From: Chiloscyllium plagiosum
Lineage: Eukaryota
Direction: 5' to 3'
Assembly: GCF_004010195.1 (NCBI RefSeq)
Contig: NC_057718.1
Coordinates: 49,174,021 to 49,238,020, forward strand
Length of the DNA stretch: 64,000 bases
Under the pieces are notes generated by a model. The model saw only the letters and a list, made by a program, of their open reading frames with translations, did no database searches and was not told the DNA's origin. Below, piece by piece: positions 27,168 to 39,262 of this stretch; the first letter of the stretch is position 1; each line of letters begins with the position of its first letter. Both the position numbers and the translations under genes were made by a program.

Positions 27168-27508
27168 TCATAGAATCCCTATAGTATGGAAGCAGGCGAT
27201 TCAGCCCACTGAATCCATACCAACCGTCCGAAAAATATTTCATTCAACCCTCCCTCTATTCTATCCCTGTAACCCTGCATTTTCCCACGGCTAATCCATC
27301 TAGCCTGCACATCCCTGGACACTATGGGCAATTCAGCATGGCCAATCCAAACTGACCTGCACATCTTTGGACTGTGGGAGGAAACTGGAGCACCAGCAGG
27401 AATCCCACACAGACAGAAGAATGTGCAAACTCCACACAGACAGTCGCAGCATCCCACGTTCCTGACGCTGTGAGGCAGCAGTGTTAACCACTGAGCTACT
27501 GTGTCACC
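27168..27508 (-). mobile_element. tRNA-derived SINE (HE1-like)
   Basis: Reverse complement of the 14098 SINE. Confidence 0.9.
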
Positions 27509-28339
27509 TCATATAGTACAGTGAAAGTCGAATATTGTGTAAATATCATTTAGAGAATAAACTCTGAGAAAGGATTGTGTTAATAAAAAAGAAGATCCCT
27601 TGACTTTCATTGTAGAACTACAAAGACAAAGGTAAGGAATTGTGGAATCACAAAGGAGACTTCTTTTCAGAAAGTTCCATTTTTCCTTATGCCACACCTT
27701 AGGCTCAATTTTAACAGAAATTGCTGAGTGTCAATTTTCGCATGTTTCAGGGAGGCTTTCTCTCCATGAGGTTAATCTGGATTTTTCATGTTGTCTTATA
27801 AACCCACCTCATGCCCTATTCACCACACACCAGTGGTACCTCGCTGGTCATATTCTCCCACTCACCATGAGTGGAAGTACTCGCCACTTTGAGATTCTTG
27901 GCACTGGTGCCATCTTTAAAACCCAGCCAGGCAGCTGGTGAAGTGCTGGCAGTCTGGTGTTGCCCCTCACTGTGCTTGTTGTGAAAGGGCAACCCCAATT
28001 AGTTTCCAGGGCATATAGGTGGCACAGCTGACACTCTGTTACACATTTATATATCTATTGCTATTTGGGGGCCAAGCTACACAATGTAACTGTCCTCACA
28101 TCCCATCCCGTCTTCAAAGCCTGTCCAAAGCGTGCTACTTGTTATCCAGTGCCAAGTGTAGCCCAAGTTCCCTTCTTTGTTCAAGGTAGGGCCATCACAT
28201 GCTGGGAACCCTTCGAGACGTTCAAAACATTCACTTTTATCCAGCAGCAGCAAACATGCATAACATGAAAACAGACTAAAGATGCACTGCCTCTGGGCAC
28301 AGACAGGAGCCATTTGTCTTTCGAACAAATATACAGTCA

Positions 28340-29300
28340 GTCATTGCATCCAGCTCACATCAATGAAAGCCCATTGCCTGTCCAGCTGGGTGCCTCTGAT
28401 GAGGCTGAGCTCCGTCATGAAGAAGGTTATATTCCTCTTGTTCAATGCTCTCATCTTCCTCTTGGAAAACTGCTGCTGCTGTGCAAGCTCTTCCAAGTCC
28501 CCGTCCATCCCCTTGGCCCTGCTCCAGTGGCTCAAAGTGCAGCATGCTAGGATTATACAGGACATTCTATCCACGCTGTACTGCAAGTCACCCTCCAGGC
28601 TAATCAGAGCATTGAGCCCTCATCATCAGAAGAGCTATTGTCTGTTCCTGGTCGAAAAGAAAGGCTATGTTGTATCAATGCTCAGTCTCAGTCGGGAACT
28701 TGGGTAACTCAGTCATAAACCATGGTTGCAGATGGGTACCTCTTATCTCCCAATGACCATTTTTATAAGGCATCCAACCTTTGAAACAAAGCAGGAACTT
28801 GAGAGCTTTGAAGGATATAAGCACCTTAGCAGCTCTGAGGGTACCTGGCACAAGCTTCCAAGAAATGGTATGGATGAACTCAAATGACTTTACCTTGATG
28901 GATGGAACCCTTTCCTATTGATGAAGTCAGCTGCATTAGCATATGGCTCTCCCAATGCGATTTGTGTACAGACTATAACCCCTTGCAGCTATATTGGCAA
29001 GGCAGTCTGCAGCACTGACCTTGTTACAGCAAAACAAGATGAACTGGAGTGATTTAGCACAAATTGCGTACAATGGTAACAGCCTTGATACAAGAGAGGT
29101 CCCCAGTGGATGTTTGGAAGCAGCCAATTAAATAGAAAATCAGCTCTGTTGTCACCTTATTGGTGACTGGGATAGGATGGCTGCCCACTCTATGTTCCAG
29201 ATGCCATCGTTCTGTGACAGTGTGCTGGGACATCCTCAGTCTGCAGTGACACTGCAACTTGCTCATCCAGAAGAAATGACATTGAGGGCATTAGACTCAG
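28340..29300 (-). pseudogene. PIF/Harbinger DDE transposase relic (HARBI1-like)
   Basis: Motifs in order on minus, with frameshifts and stops: GCFQTSTGDL, QGVIVCTQIA (GAIDCTH), FINRKGFH, CARYPQSC*GAYILQSSQVP, LGDKRYP, LQYSVDRMSCIILACCTL. Confidence 0.85.
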
Positions 29301-30827
29301 GCCCTCCTGTGCATCATGAGGCAAGCTTCAGCTCAACCTCTTTATTTGGAGGCTATTCAATATCCTCTGAAGACCAATGCTGGCTTGGGCTTCCTGATGA
29401 ATCTGTTCTCCTACATTTCTCTAAGCCTTTGTTGCATGCTGCAATGGTGATGAGAACTCCTTTCAATTGAGCTGTTTTGGGACTGAAAGAAGCAGAGCAG
29501 GTTCTCAGTAATCAGAGTAGTCAGCACTCGTATCTCGTTTTAGCATAGTCCTCCTTACCATGGGACATGGAAGACCTCTTGTAAGGTGGGCCATGGAATT
29601 GAGTTGACTTAGGGGCCATACACCAATGAATTCAGCGTAAGCCATGTCGCAATGAGACAATTGGAGATTGTTGGCAGTGTACGATTACTGGTATACTGTC
29701 CTCACACATCACCCACAAATCGCATCATTGCATATCACAGCATGTTGGCAAATGCTTACGGTTCAATGGAGTGAAACCAGATGAGGTAAAATCAGTTCTG
29801 TGGCGCTATGCAGCCTATGAGATCTTGGATTTTCTTTGTGAATTGTGGCTCACGGGTTCCACGTTTAAGGTTCTATCTGACCAGGAGCCTGGGTCAAGCC
29901 CCATATGCTCCAGAGGTGTGTAATAAAATTGCTGAACAGGTTGATAAGAAAATAGCTTACTTCAGCTGGTAGAGATGATTATTTTCAGTTTTCAATTGCC
30001 TGTGGCCAGCATTTATACTCCAAACAGACAAACACTGCATTTTCTGTACAGGAAGCTATGATTACAGATGACCTGTACTCTGTAAGTGTCTGATTTATCC
30101 AATTGCACCTGGGAGGGCCTCACATCACCTCAAATTTGAGCAAAAACATAAAAAAAACTACTTGCTTTGCTCATTTTGGGTGTGGTTGTAGTCATTTTTG
30201 ATTTCCATTAGACATTTGCAAGATAGAAGGCGACAAAGGATGCATTTAGCACCATGAGTCACAGGGTTTTACAAGGGCTCCTGAATCTCCATTCTCCTTC
30301 CTTCCTGGAATTCCCGGTCAAGTCCATCAGTACTGAGCCTCCACATAGTCCTACCCATCACTGAGAATCAAGACTTCATCTCTCAATGTTATCCTCTGGG
30401 CCACACTCCTTAGAGCTTAATCATGGCAACTATTGCACTGCACTGTCCCCCATTGAGGCCAGGGTTGTTGCGACTGTCAATGACCACCTGTCCTGCAGCA
30501 TCCCATTCTCCTTGGTATGTTACTGTTTTCCCCTTGCTAAATTTCCCCCTTGGTAATTATTATCCCCTCTGCATTCCAGCAGGCTTCCTCTCCTCTCCAG
30601 CATTCCAATAAATGGTGCCAGTGTGCTCCAAAGTACAGCATGGAAATGAAGAACCATCTTTCAAATGGATCAGAAGATGTGCCATAAAGATTTGGAGAGG
30701 CTAGTATGTGTCAATGCCAATGCCCATGGATTGGGAGTTCATGCTATCACTGTCATTGGGGTATGCCTGACATGCTGGTGACTGATGTATTGGATAAAGG
30801 GCTGAGGAACAAGCAGTGCCCTTGTTA

Positions 30828-31510
30828 TAGAGTCATAGAGTCATAGAGATGTAAAGCACGGAAACAGACCTTTCAGTCCAACTCGTCCATGCTGACCAGA
30901 TATCCTAAATAAACCTAGTCCCATTTGTTAGCATTTGGCCCATATCCCTCTAAACCTTTCCTACTCATATACCCATTCAGGTGCCTTTTAAATGTTTGAA
31001 TTGTACCATCCTCCACCACTTCCTCTAGCAGCTCATTCCATACACTCACAACCGATTGCATGGAACAGTTGTCCTTCAGAACCTTTTTGAAACTTTCTCC
31101 TCTTACCTTAAATCTATGCCCTGTAGTTTTGGAATCCCTCACCCTGGGGAAAATACCTTGTCTATTTAGCCTATCCAAGCACCTCAAGATTTTACAAACC
31201 TCTATCAGTTCATCTCTCAGCCTTCAACACTCCAAGGAAAACAGCTCCAGCCTATTCTGCCTCTCTCTATAACTGAAATCTTTCAGCCCTGGAACGTCCT
31301 TGTCAATCTTTTCTGAACCCTTTCAAGTTTCACAACATCCTTTCTGTAGCAGGGAAACCATAATTACATGCAATATTCCAAAAGTGGCCTAACCAATGTC
31401 CTGTACAGCTACAACATGACCTCCCAACTCCTATACTCAATGCATTGATCAGTAAAAGAAAGCATATGAAACTCCTTCTTCACTATCCCATCTACCTATG
31501 ACTCCACTTT
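30828..31510 (-). mobile_element. CR1 3' fragment
   Basis: (atagagtc)n tail; CR1 ORF2 C-terminal ORF 30915-31187. Confidence 0.92.
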
Positions 31511-31912
31511 CAGGCAATTGCTCTGATTTTCATGGTAGGAATTGTTTGTATCCAGTGAGTGGGAGAATGGAAAACTGTGTATAAATAATGGGAAATTAAT
31601 TTAAAATATGTTAACAAATGCTGATGCATGCAAATAGGCTTACTGATGAGAACTTTGTCTTGCTGTTCAACACTAGATTGGAAAAAGAGAATTTCTGCTG
31701 TCAACATTGTGAAGCTCCTTATTGCTAATCTCATGATTTTCCCAACATCTTTGCCAGTACCCACATTGTTCAGTGCCTAGGAAGATTCTGCCCATATATT
31801 TAAAATAAAAATAATCCTTACCACTCCAATTAATGTGAAATACATTATGCAAATAATTTCCATTTTAAATTGAACATTTGTGATTCTGTTTGCCGAGCTG
31901 GGAATTTGTGTT

Positions 31913-31952
31913 GCAGATGTTTCGTCCCCTGTCTAGGTGACATCCTCAGTGC
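31913..31952 (-). ncRNA. Minimal hammerhead ribozyme (left arm)
   Basis: gca-CTGAGGA-t-GTCACCT-agac-AGGGGAC-GAAA-CA-TC-tgc. Confidence 0.75.
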
Positions 31953-32720
31953 TTGGGAGCCTCCTGTGAAGCGCTTCTGTGATGTTTCCTCCGGCATTTA
32001 TAGTGATTTATATCTGCCGCTTCCGGTTGTCAGTTCCAGCTATCCGCTGCAGTGGTCGGTATATTGGGTCCAGGTCAATGTGTTTATTGATTGAATCTGA
32101 GGATGAGTGCCATGCCTCTAGGAATTCCCTGGTTGTTCGCTGTTTGGCTTGTCCTATAATAGTAGTGTTGTCCCAGTTGAACACATGTTACTTGTCATCT
32201 GAGTGTGTGGCTACTAAGGATAGCTGGTCGTGTCGTTTCGTGGCTAGTTGGTGTTCACGGATGCGGATCATTAGCTGTCTTTCTGTTTGTCTGATGTAGT
32301 GTTTTGTGCAGTCCTTGCATGGGATTTTGTACGCTACATTGGTTTTGCTCATGCTGGGTACATATATAGGACACTACATAGGTCAAACAGGAAGACAGCT
32401 AATGATCCTCATCCATGAACACCAACTAGCCACGAAACGACACGACCAGCTATCCTTAGTTGTCACACACTCAGATGACAAGCAACATAAGTTCGACTGG
32501 GGCAACACTACTATTATAGGACAAGCCAAACAGAGAACAGCCAGGGAATTCCTAGAGGCATGGCATTCATCCACAGATTCAAACTATAAACACATCGACC
32601 TGGACTCAATATACCGGCCACTGCAGCGGACAGCTGGAATTGACAACCAGAAGTGGCAGGTACAAATCACTATAAATACCGGAGGAAACATCACACAAGT
32701 GCTTCACAGGAGGCTCCCAA

Positions 32721-32760
32721 GCACTGAGGATGTCACCTGGACAGGGGACGAAACGTCTGC
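32721..32760 (+). ncRNA. Minimal hammerhead ribozyme (right arm)
   Basis: gca-CTGAGGA-t-GTCACCT-ggac-AGGGGAC-GAAA-CG-TC-tgc. Stem I is gca/tgc; predicted cleavage after C32757. Confidence 0.82.
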
Positions 32761-34416
32761 AACACAAATTCCCAGCTCGGCGAACAGAACCACAAGAATG
32801 AGCACCCGAGCTACAAACCTTCTCACAAACTTTGAACATTTGCGAATATTTTATTTATTTTATTTGACATTTTAGTAGAAGTATTATGAGGGTCAGGACT
32901 AAATTACATCTCTCTGGTTTGTCCTGCATCTGGGTTTCTCAATATATAAAAAAAATGAATGTAATCGTTAGCAATGTTTTAAAAAATTTCAATGATTGAG
33001 GTAAACAAAAGAAATGAAGATTCACCTCATATTTATAGATAGCATTATGGCACAATGATTTGATCAGTATATTGATTATTGCTCTAGGTCAACAGGAATG
33101 GTCTATAATACTTAATTTATTCTCATTACAAGTATTTTGTCTTTGTCATTTAACTGAATTTAATGTCTTATTCACTGATGAACATTTAACTGTGAAGGAG
33201 AAAACAAACAAGACCATGTTATGATCTCAGCTAATGTTATTTCTAGACAAGGCAGATCTCAGATTAAAACCCAGCTTGTGAGATCATATATTTTGTTTTG
33301 GTTTTGGATAAGCAGACTTTCATTGAAATATAAGCACCCAATGCTAAAGATTTTGTTTTAACTGAAAAACAGAAGTTTATTAGCATAAGAAATAAAAAAT
33401 AAAATAGAATAAACCAAGCTATTACAAATTCAAAGAGCTTTAATTACACAATAAAAGTATAATATATTCCTCCCCAAACAGTCGTTTATAAGTTGAAAAG
33501 AAAAACAACAGCAATTATATACTATCCAAAGCATACCTTGAATTGTACCTAAAAATACCACTCATACAATACTCACACAAGAGTCCCTACCTCTAACACC
33601 TCAAAAGGATTAAGTCACTTGTGATTTCAACTTTTAGACTGGAACTGCAGATAGCTTCTTGCTGGAGCCATTACACATCTGAGCTAAATGCATTCAGCTT
33701 TAAGTAACCTTTTCAGAGCTTTAGTTCAATTAAGAAACTAAACCTCTCTGTCAGTATGGGTGTTTCTCCTAAGCTTAATAAAAACAAGTTCCAGAAATCG
33801 TTAACAAGCATTGACACCCAATTGGTGGGTCACAAAACAGTCTAAGGTGACCAAAAACCCATTAGTGGCACGCAGAACCCATTGATGAAAGCTAAGCCTC
33901 TAAAATTCTTTTAAAACAAATCTTCCTGGCTACAAAAATGCTGAGAAGTTAAATATTAATTTCAGACACACAGGAAACCCACAAATGTGGCCTTGGTAGT
34001 TCATCCTGATGAATCATCCATTCCTCCCAGCTGGTTCTTTGGAGGGGTGAAGAGGAGTGTGGGGCTAAGAGAACATAGTCTAAGTCTGAGTTGTTGTTAG
34101 TACTGTCAAGTTGTTAACCTCTTCACATGACCCAACACCCATCTTTCCTGCCGGCATTGGCTTCCCTCCCACCAAACACTCTCTCATTGGTCCTAACAGC
34201 CCACTTGCCTTCCATCCCTGACACTGTCACTTACTACCATATCTATTCCCAACACCCACACTCCTGGTGACTCACTTGCCCCGACATCCAAACTTCTATC
34301 ACCTCTGGCCCTGACACACCCACAACTGCAAACACTATCCTGAGCATTCCATCACTTAACTGCCATCCTACCTACCTGGCTCCCTACTTACCTGGCCCCT
34401 ACTTACCTGGCACCAT

Positions 34417-35365
34417 TGTTACAATCCAACCCTGGGTCTCCTACATTTGTTATGGTTCCAACAGGATACCCCAAATTGTTGAGCTCCAAGATGAGGAGGC
34501 TGAATTGGTTATCTTTGGTTACTCACCCATCTCTTCAGCTGGTTACAACAAGGTTAATTCAAAAAGGATTCCTTTACTTTGTGGATACCTTTCTCCAGAA
34601 GCAAATTTAAACAGGCTTTTTTGAATTATCAAAAAGAGTGAGTTTATTAAATACCAAGACAAACATAATTTCAGAACAAAATAGTAGCCAAACACACATG
34701 CATACAGAGTAGAAATAAGAGATGAGTCTAAACAGTTAGAAGTGGAATAAAGTGATATATGGACCAATTTCTGAAGTGCTGATGAAGAGCACATAGAAAG
34801 ATATTTTGGCTGTTACTGAATGACACCAATAAATATTGACATTGGCATTTGAGCAGGCAATCTCAAGGTTCTTGGTTTTGCATATTGGTTGAAATTCCTT
34901 CGTCCTGAATCCTTTTGAACTGACTGACACCATTCAGAGTAAGAGTCTTTCACATTAACACATATGCAGTGTATGTATGAAAAAGGCAGTTCTTCAAACT
35001 ATCCCCCTCACAGCATTCCACACTAGGACGACCCAATCGATAATATAGACTGATGTTATGTTCAGCTTCAACCCTTTTTTTTCTGTATTCCTGGAGAATA
35101 ACACAGACATGTCTGCAAAAGTGGCTTTCTGAGAGGGAGGATAGTCAGCCCCCTTGTTATCTCTTCTTTTGAAGTTTCCCTGTCTCTTTATATGTGCAAC
35201 ATTCCTTTAGCTTCATGGAGGACCTTAAGAGGGAGTCACTTTAATTTACATCCATGGTTTTTGTTTCTCTATAGGAGTTCCTTTTGTTAAAGAAGGGCAA
35301 ATTTTGTAATTAAAAGTGAAAAATTACCATAAAATTACTTTAGGGATTCTGATCTGTGTCATACA
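34417..35365. mobile_element. Second copy of the solo-LTR-like repeat
   Basis: tgttac...cataca ends. Internal blocks (caacaaggttaatt, ttgaaa..cttt/ttcgtcctga, ttaggg.ttctgatc) align with 12425-13591. No clear TSD. Confidence 0.55.
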
Positions 35366-35574
35366 TGTTACCCACCTGGTACTCTAGCACCCTAGATGTC
35401 TGGCACCCTAGTTAGCTGTCAAACTTCACAACTGGCATGCCACCCCATTTCACTGGTACCCTACCCAGCTAGAGTTATAATCACTGAGTTGCCCAACCTG
35501 CTATAGTGTACTGTCACCTTAATTCCACACTTACCTATATGCTGGGTCATTCACTGCAGCTCTGCATGTGTTCA

Positions 35575-36738
35575 GTAAAGCACTCAACAATGGTACGCAT
35601 GGGAGACTTGTTAGCCAGGTTAGATCACATGGAAAACAGGGAGAACTAGCCATCTAGATACAAAATTTGCTCAAAGATAGAAGACAGAGGGTGATGATGG
35701 ACAATTGCTTTTTAGACTGGAGGCCTGTGACCAGCAGCATGCCACAAAGATCAATTCTTGGTCCACTGTTTTTTGTCATTTATGTAAATGATTTGGATGT
35801 GAATACATGAAGTATGGTTAGTAGGCTTGCAGACGACACCAAAATTGGTGGAGTAGTGGACAGCTAAGAATATTAGCTCAGAGTACAATGGGATCTTGAT
35901 CAGATGGGCCAATGGGCCGAGGAGTGGATAATAGAGTTTAATCTAGATAAATGTGAGGTGTGCATTTTGGAAAGGCAAATCAGGGCAGGACTTACAGGCT
36001 TAATGGGAAGGTCCTGGCAAATTTTACCAAGCAAAAAAACTTTGGAGTGCATGTTCATTGTTCCTTGAAAGCAGAATGACAGGTAGACAGGATAGTGAAG
36101 AGGCCTTTGATACACTTGCCTTTAATGCTCAGTGCATTGAGTTGGGAGGTCCTTTTGTGGCTGCACAAAACATTGTTTAGAACACTTTTTGAATACTGCA
36201 TTCAGTTCTGTCCCCCTGCTATAGGAAGGATGTTGTTAAACTTGAAAGGGTCCAGAAAAGATTTACAAGAATTTTGCCAGTGTTGGAGGGTTTGAACTAT
36301 AGGTAGAGGCTGAATAGGCTTGGGCTATTTACCCTGGAATTTCAAAGACTGAGGGGTGACCTTATAGAGGTTTATGAAATCATGAGGGGCATGGATAGGG
36401 TGAATAGTCAAAGTCTTTTCCCTAGGGTGGGGGTGTCTGAAACTAAAGGGCAAAGGTATAAGGTGAGAGGGGAAAGATTTACAAAGGACCTAAGGGGCAA
36501 CGTTTTCATGCAGAGGGTGGTGACTGTATGGAATTAGCTGCCAGAGGAAATGTTGGAAGCAGGTACAATTACATATTTAAAAGGCATCTGTATGAGTATA
36601 TGAATAGAAAGGGTTTAGAGGGATATGGGCCAAATGCTGCAAGTGGGACTAGATTAAGTTAGGATATCTGGTCAGCATGGATGTGTTGGACTGAAAGGTC
36701 TGTTTCCATGTTTTACAGCTCTATGTCTCTATGACTCT
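35575..36738 (+). mobile_element. CR1 RT-to-3' end fragment
   Basis: LADDTK and EYCIQFC motifs; (ctctatga)n tail. Confidence 0.92.
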
Positions 36739-36769
36739 AAATATGGTAATCAATTGTGCTTACTACTCC

Positions 36770-37520
36770 ACTGAATATTTGGATTATTGTTTAAATGGAG
36801 AGAGACTCCAGAATGACAGCACTGATGGATTTGGTTGTCATTGTATCTTTCCTCAGAACAGTGAGCACACATGTACAGCTAATGAAGATGATGGGTGGAC
36901 CACTGGTCTTTGTGGACCTGGAGCCGAAATATTGGAATGTTTTGTTACAATGTGTTATGAGTCTAGATCTAGACAACCACATACAGTTGAGATCTTCTTA
37001 TTTAAGAATGAAGTTCCTGCTTTTAATAGAATACAGAAAAAGGCTTCATTAAAAACTTGGTTCATTCCTGACATGAAGTGTCTGTTTTATGAAGAAAGAT
37101 TCATCAGCTTGGGTCTGTACTCATTGTAGTTTAGAAGAATGGTAAGTGATCGTATTGAAATATATAAAACCCTTAAGGCACTTGTCAGGTTCAATGTTAA
37201 GAGGATGTTTCTCCTTTTGTAGAAATTCAAAATGAGGGCACACAGTTCCAGAATATGGCCTCTCCCACTGAAGATGGAAATGTGGAAGAACTTCATCCCT
37301 GGGAGAGTTGTTGATCTTTGGAATTCTTTACCCCATTGGGTTTGGACATTGAATAGGTTTGTGGCTGAGTTCGACTGATTTTTAATCTATAATAAATAAA
37401 TTGTTATGTGGAGCAGGCAGGAAAATGGAGCTGAGGCCATGATCTGATCACCTGATTGAATGGTGGAGCTGGCTTAAGGGGCCAAATGGTCATTAGTTCT
37501 GCTCTTATTTCTTTGTTCTT
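36770..37520 (+). mobile_element. Older CR1 3' fragment
   Basis: YCLNGERLQ...YEERFISLGLYSL motifs. Confidence 0.75.
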
Positions 37521-38722
37521 ATGTGTGCACTGAGCAAGTGGGTAGAGAATCACAACAAAGATTTCAGACTTGTGTTATTTAAATCCTGGGCCATATTTAC
37601 ATATTTCAGTGAAATCCAAGTTATCTGGGTATGATATTAAAGCCAGCGGCCAAGCCTAAGGAAATTATCATTCCACCAGAACAATCATCAATATGCAGCT
37701 AGTATTGGGTTGGAGTGAAGGGGTGGAGTTTCCACAGGCAATGGAGGGAAGCATTTCTATTGTCGCAGCCAGAGTGTGAGGGGGAATAACTGGAATATAA
37801 TTGCTTTAGGTCATCCATGGACTTGGAATTACATGAAACATGCACTCATACTTCCAACTAATATTTTTATCAACACCGTCTGAAATTCATGTTTTAATGC
37901 TATTCAAAGCAATAGATTTCATTGGCATCAAGCAGTTGAATTAATATTTTATTTTAAATATAATTTATTTTAATTCATTAATTACTGTCTACTAAGAGAG
38001 TTGAGTGTGACAAGTTTCAATCATGGACTGGAGAGATTGCTAATTTATACGAACAGAGAGTTTGGCTGAGAGCCTTATCTCTTCATTGTGGCAGAACAGC
38101 TGAGTTTCACAGCTGAGTGAAACGCCAGGAGATTGTTCAGTCAATTTGAAAGGTTTGGTTAATTTTTGACTGAAAGATTTTCCATGGTTCATTCTCAAGG
38201 TCTGTGTAAATTTCAGTGAAAATCACCCATCTTTTTACAAGCAGTAAATTGTGATTGAAGTTTGATGGAAAATGTGAGACAGATCAGAATTTTAGATCTA
38301 TTTGATGATCTTGGTTAGTGTGGGTTGTTGCTAGTTTTCTGAGAAATCGACTGATTGGAATGATTAGTAGATAACGTTGCTAGTCTCAACCTAACAGGAC
38401 ATCAAACTTCATTACATTCAGTTTGTGAAAGGGCACAAGCGTAGGTTCGGACACAATCCATTACCTTGGCACAGATTTTCCGAAGAGAATATCTTTGTTG
38501 CAGCAATGTAGTTGGGAGCTGTGCTTTGGGGCCATATGGAGGACCTGATATAGCTGACTTCACAGGAACTGTGTGGGAAAGTGAAACTTCTGATGGGCAA
38601 CTACCCAGTGTCTTAAACCCACTGAAAAGGTCCCCAGCTCAGAGTTAAAGCTGGAGTCATTGGACGGCCAAGTACCCCAGAAACCTTCAGAACTGACTTC
38701 CACCCTTGATCCCCATACACCT

Positions 38723-38875
38723 GCGAAAGTGAATACTGCAGATACTGGAGATTAGAGTCAAGAGTGTGGTGCTGGAAAGGCACAGCAGGTCAGGCAGCAT
38801 CCGAGAAGCAGGAAAATCAACATTTCGGGCAAAAGCCCTTCATCAGGAATTGGCCCACTTGAACCACGCTCTTGG
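38723..38875 (-). mobile_element. Single-arm PLE terminal-repeat insertion
   Basis: Perfect 12 bp TSD ccccatacacct at 38711-38722 and 38876-38887. Confidence 0.85.
38819..38846 (-). ncRNA. Minimal hammerhead ribozyme core
   Basis: CTGATGA-A-GGGC-tttt-GCCC-GAAA-TG-TT with a perfect stem II. Confidence 0.7.
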
Positions 38876-39038
38876 CCCCATACACCTTATTGAGTGGTGG
38901 AGCAGACTAAGGGCTGAATGATTACTTCTGTTTCAATTTTGGTTCTGACTTGCTTACTTTAGTGACAAGTAAAACCTGCTCCAACTTCAGGCAAGTTATA
39001 AAACTGAAGCCCTCTGATCCAGCGATGAATACCTTCCA

Positions 39039-39262
39039 GGAGAACTTGAGGACTTCAGATGCTGCAGATCAGAGTTGAGAGTGTGGTGCTGGAAAAACAC
39101 AGCAGGTCAGGCAGCATCCAAGAGCAGGAGAATCGATGTTTTGGGCATAAGCCCTTCATCAAGAATCATTCCTAATGAAGGGCTTATGACCAAAACGTCG
39201 ATTCTCCTGCTCCTCAGATGCTCCCGAGCCTGCTGTGCATTTCCAGCACCACACTCTTGACA
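39039..39262. mobile_element. Palindromic PLE-derived mini-insertion with two degenerate HHRs
   Basis: Centre reads cccttcatcaagaatc-attcctaatgaaggg. 14 bp TSD with 2 mismatches (39025-39038 / 39263-39276). Confidence 0.85.

Larger units (their letters stand above)
31881..32831. mobile_element. Inverted (head-to-head) Penelope-like element with GIY-YIG domain in both arms
   Basis: Arms ~31878-32302 and ~32371-32795. Plus arm reads HYIGQTGRQL...HEHQLATKRHD...AREFLEAWHS; minus arm reads TNVAYKIPCKDCTKHYIRQT. TSD ttgaacatttg at 31870-31880 and 32832-32842. Confidence 0.93.

Noticed and set aside
32306..32875. 189 aa ORF as a functional nuclease gene
   Set aside because: It is a chimera across the inversion junction. 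Its N-terminus is antisense left-arm sequence, and it lacks the VY half of the GIY-YIG motif and any RT.
2281..39262. Recurring ~30-100 bp palindromic repeats as a CRISPR array or Rho-independent terminators
   Set aside because: Eukaryotic context. Copies are dispersed with individual TSDs and no regular spacers, and they match the PLE 3' end.
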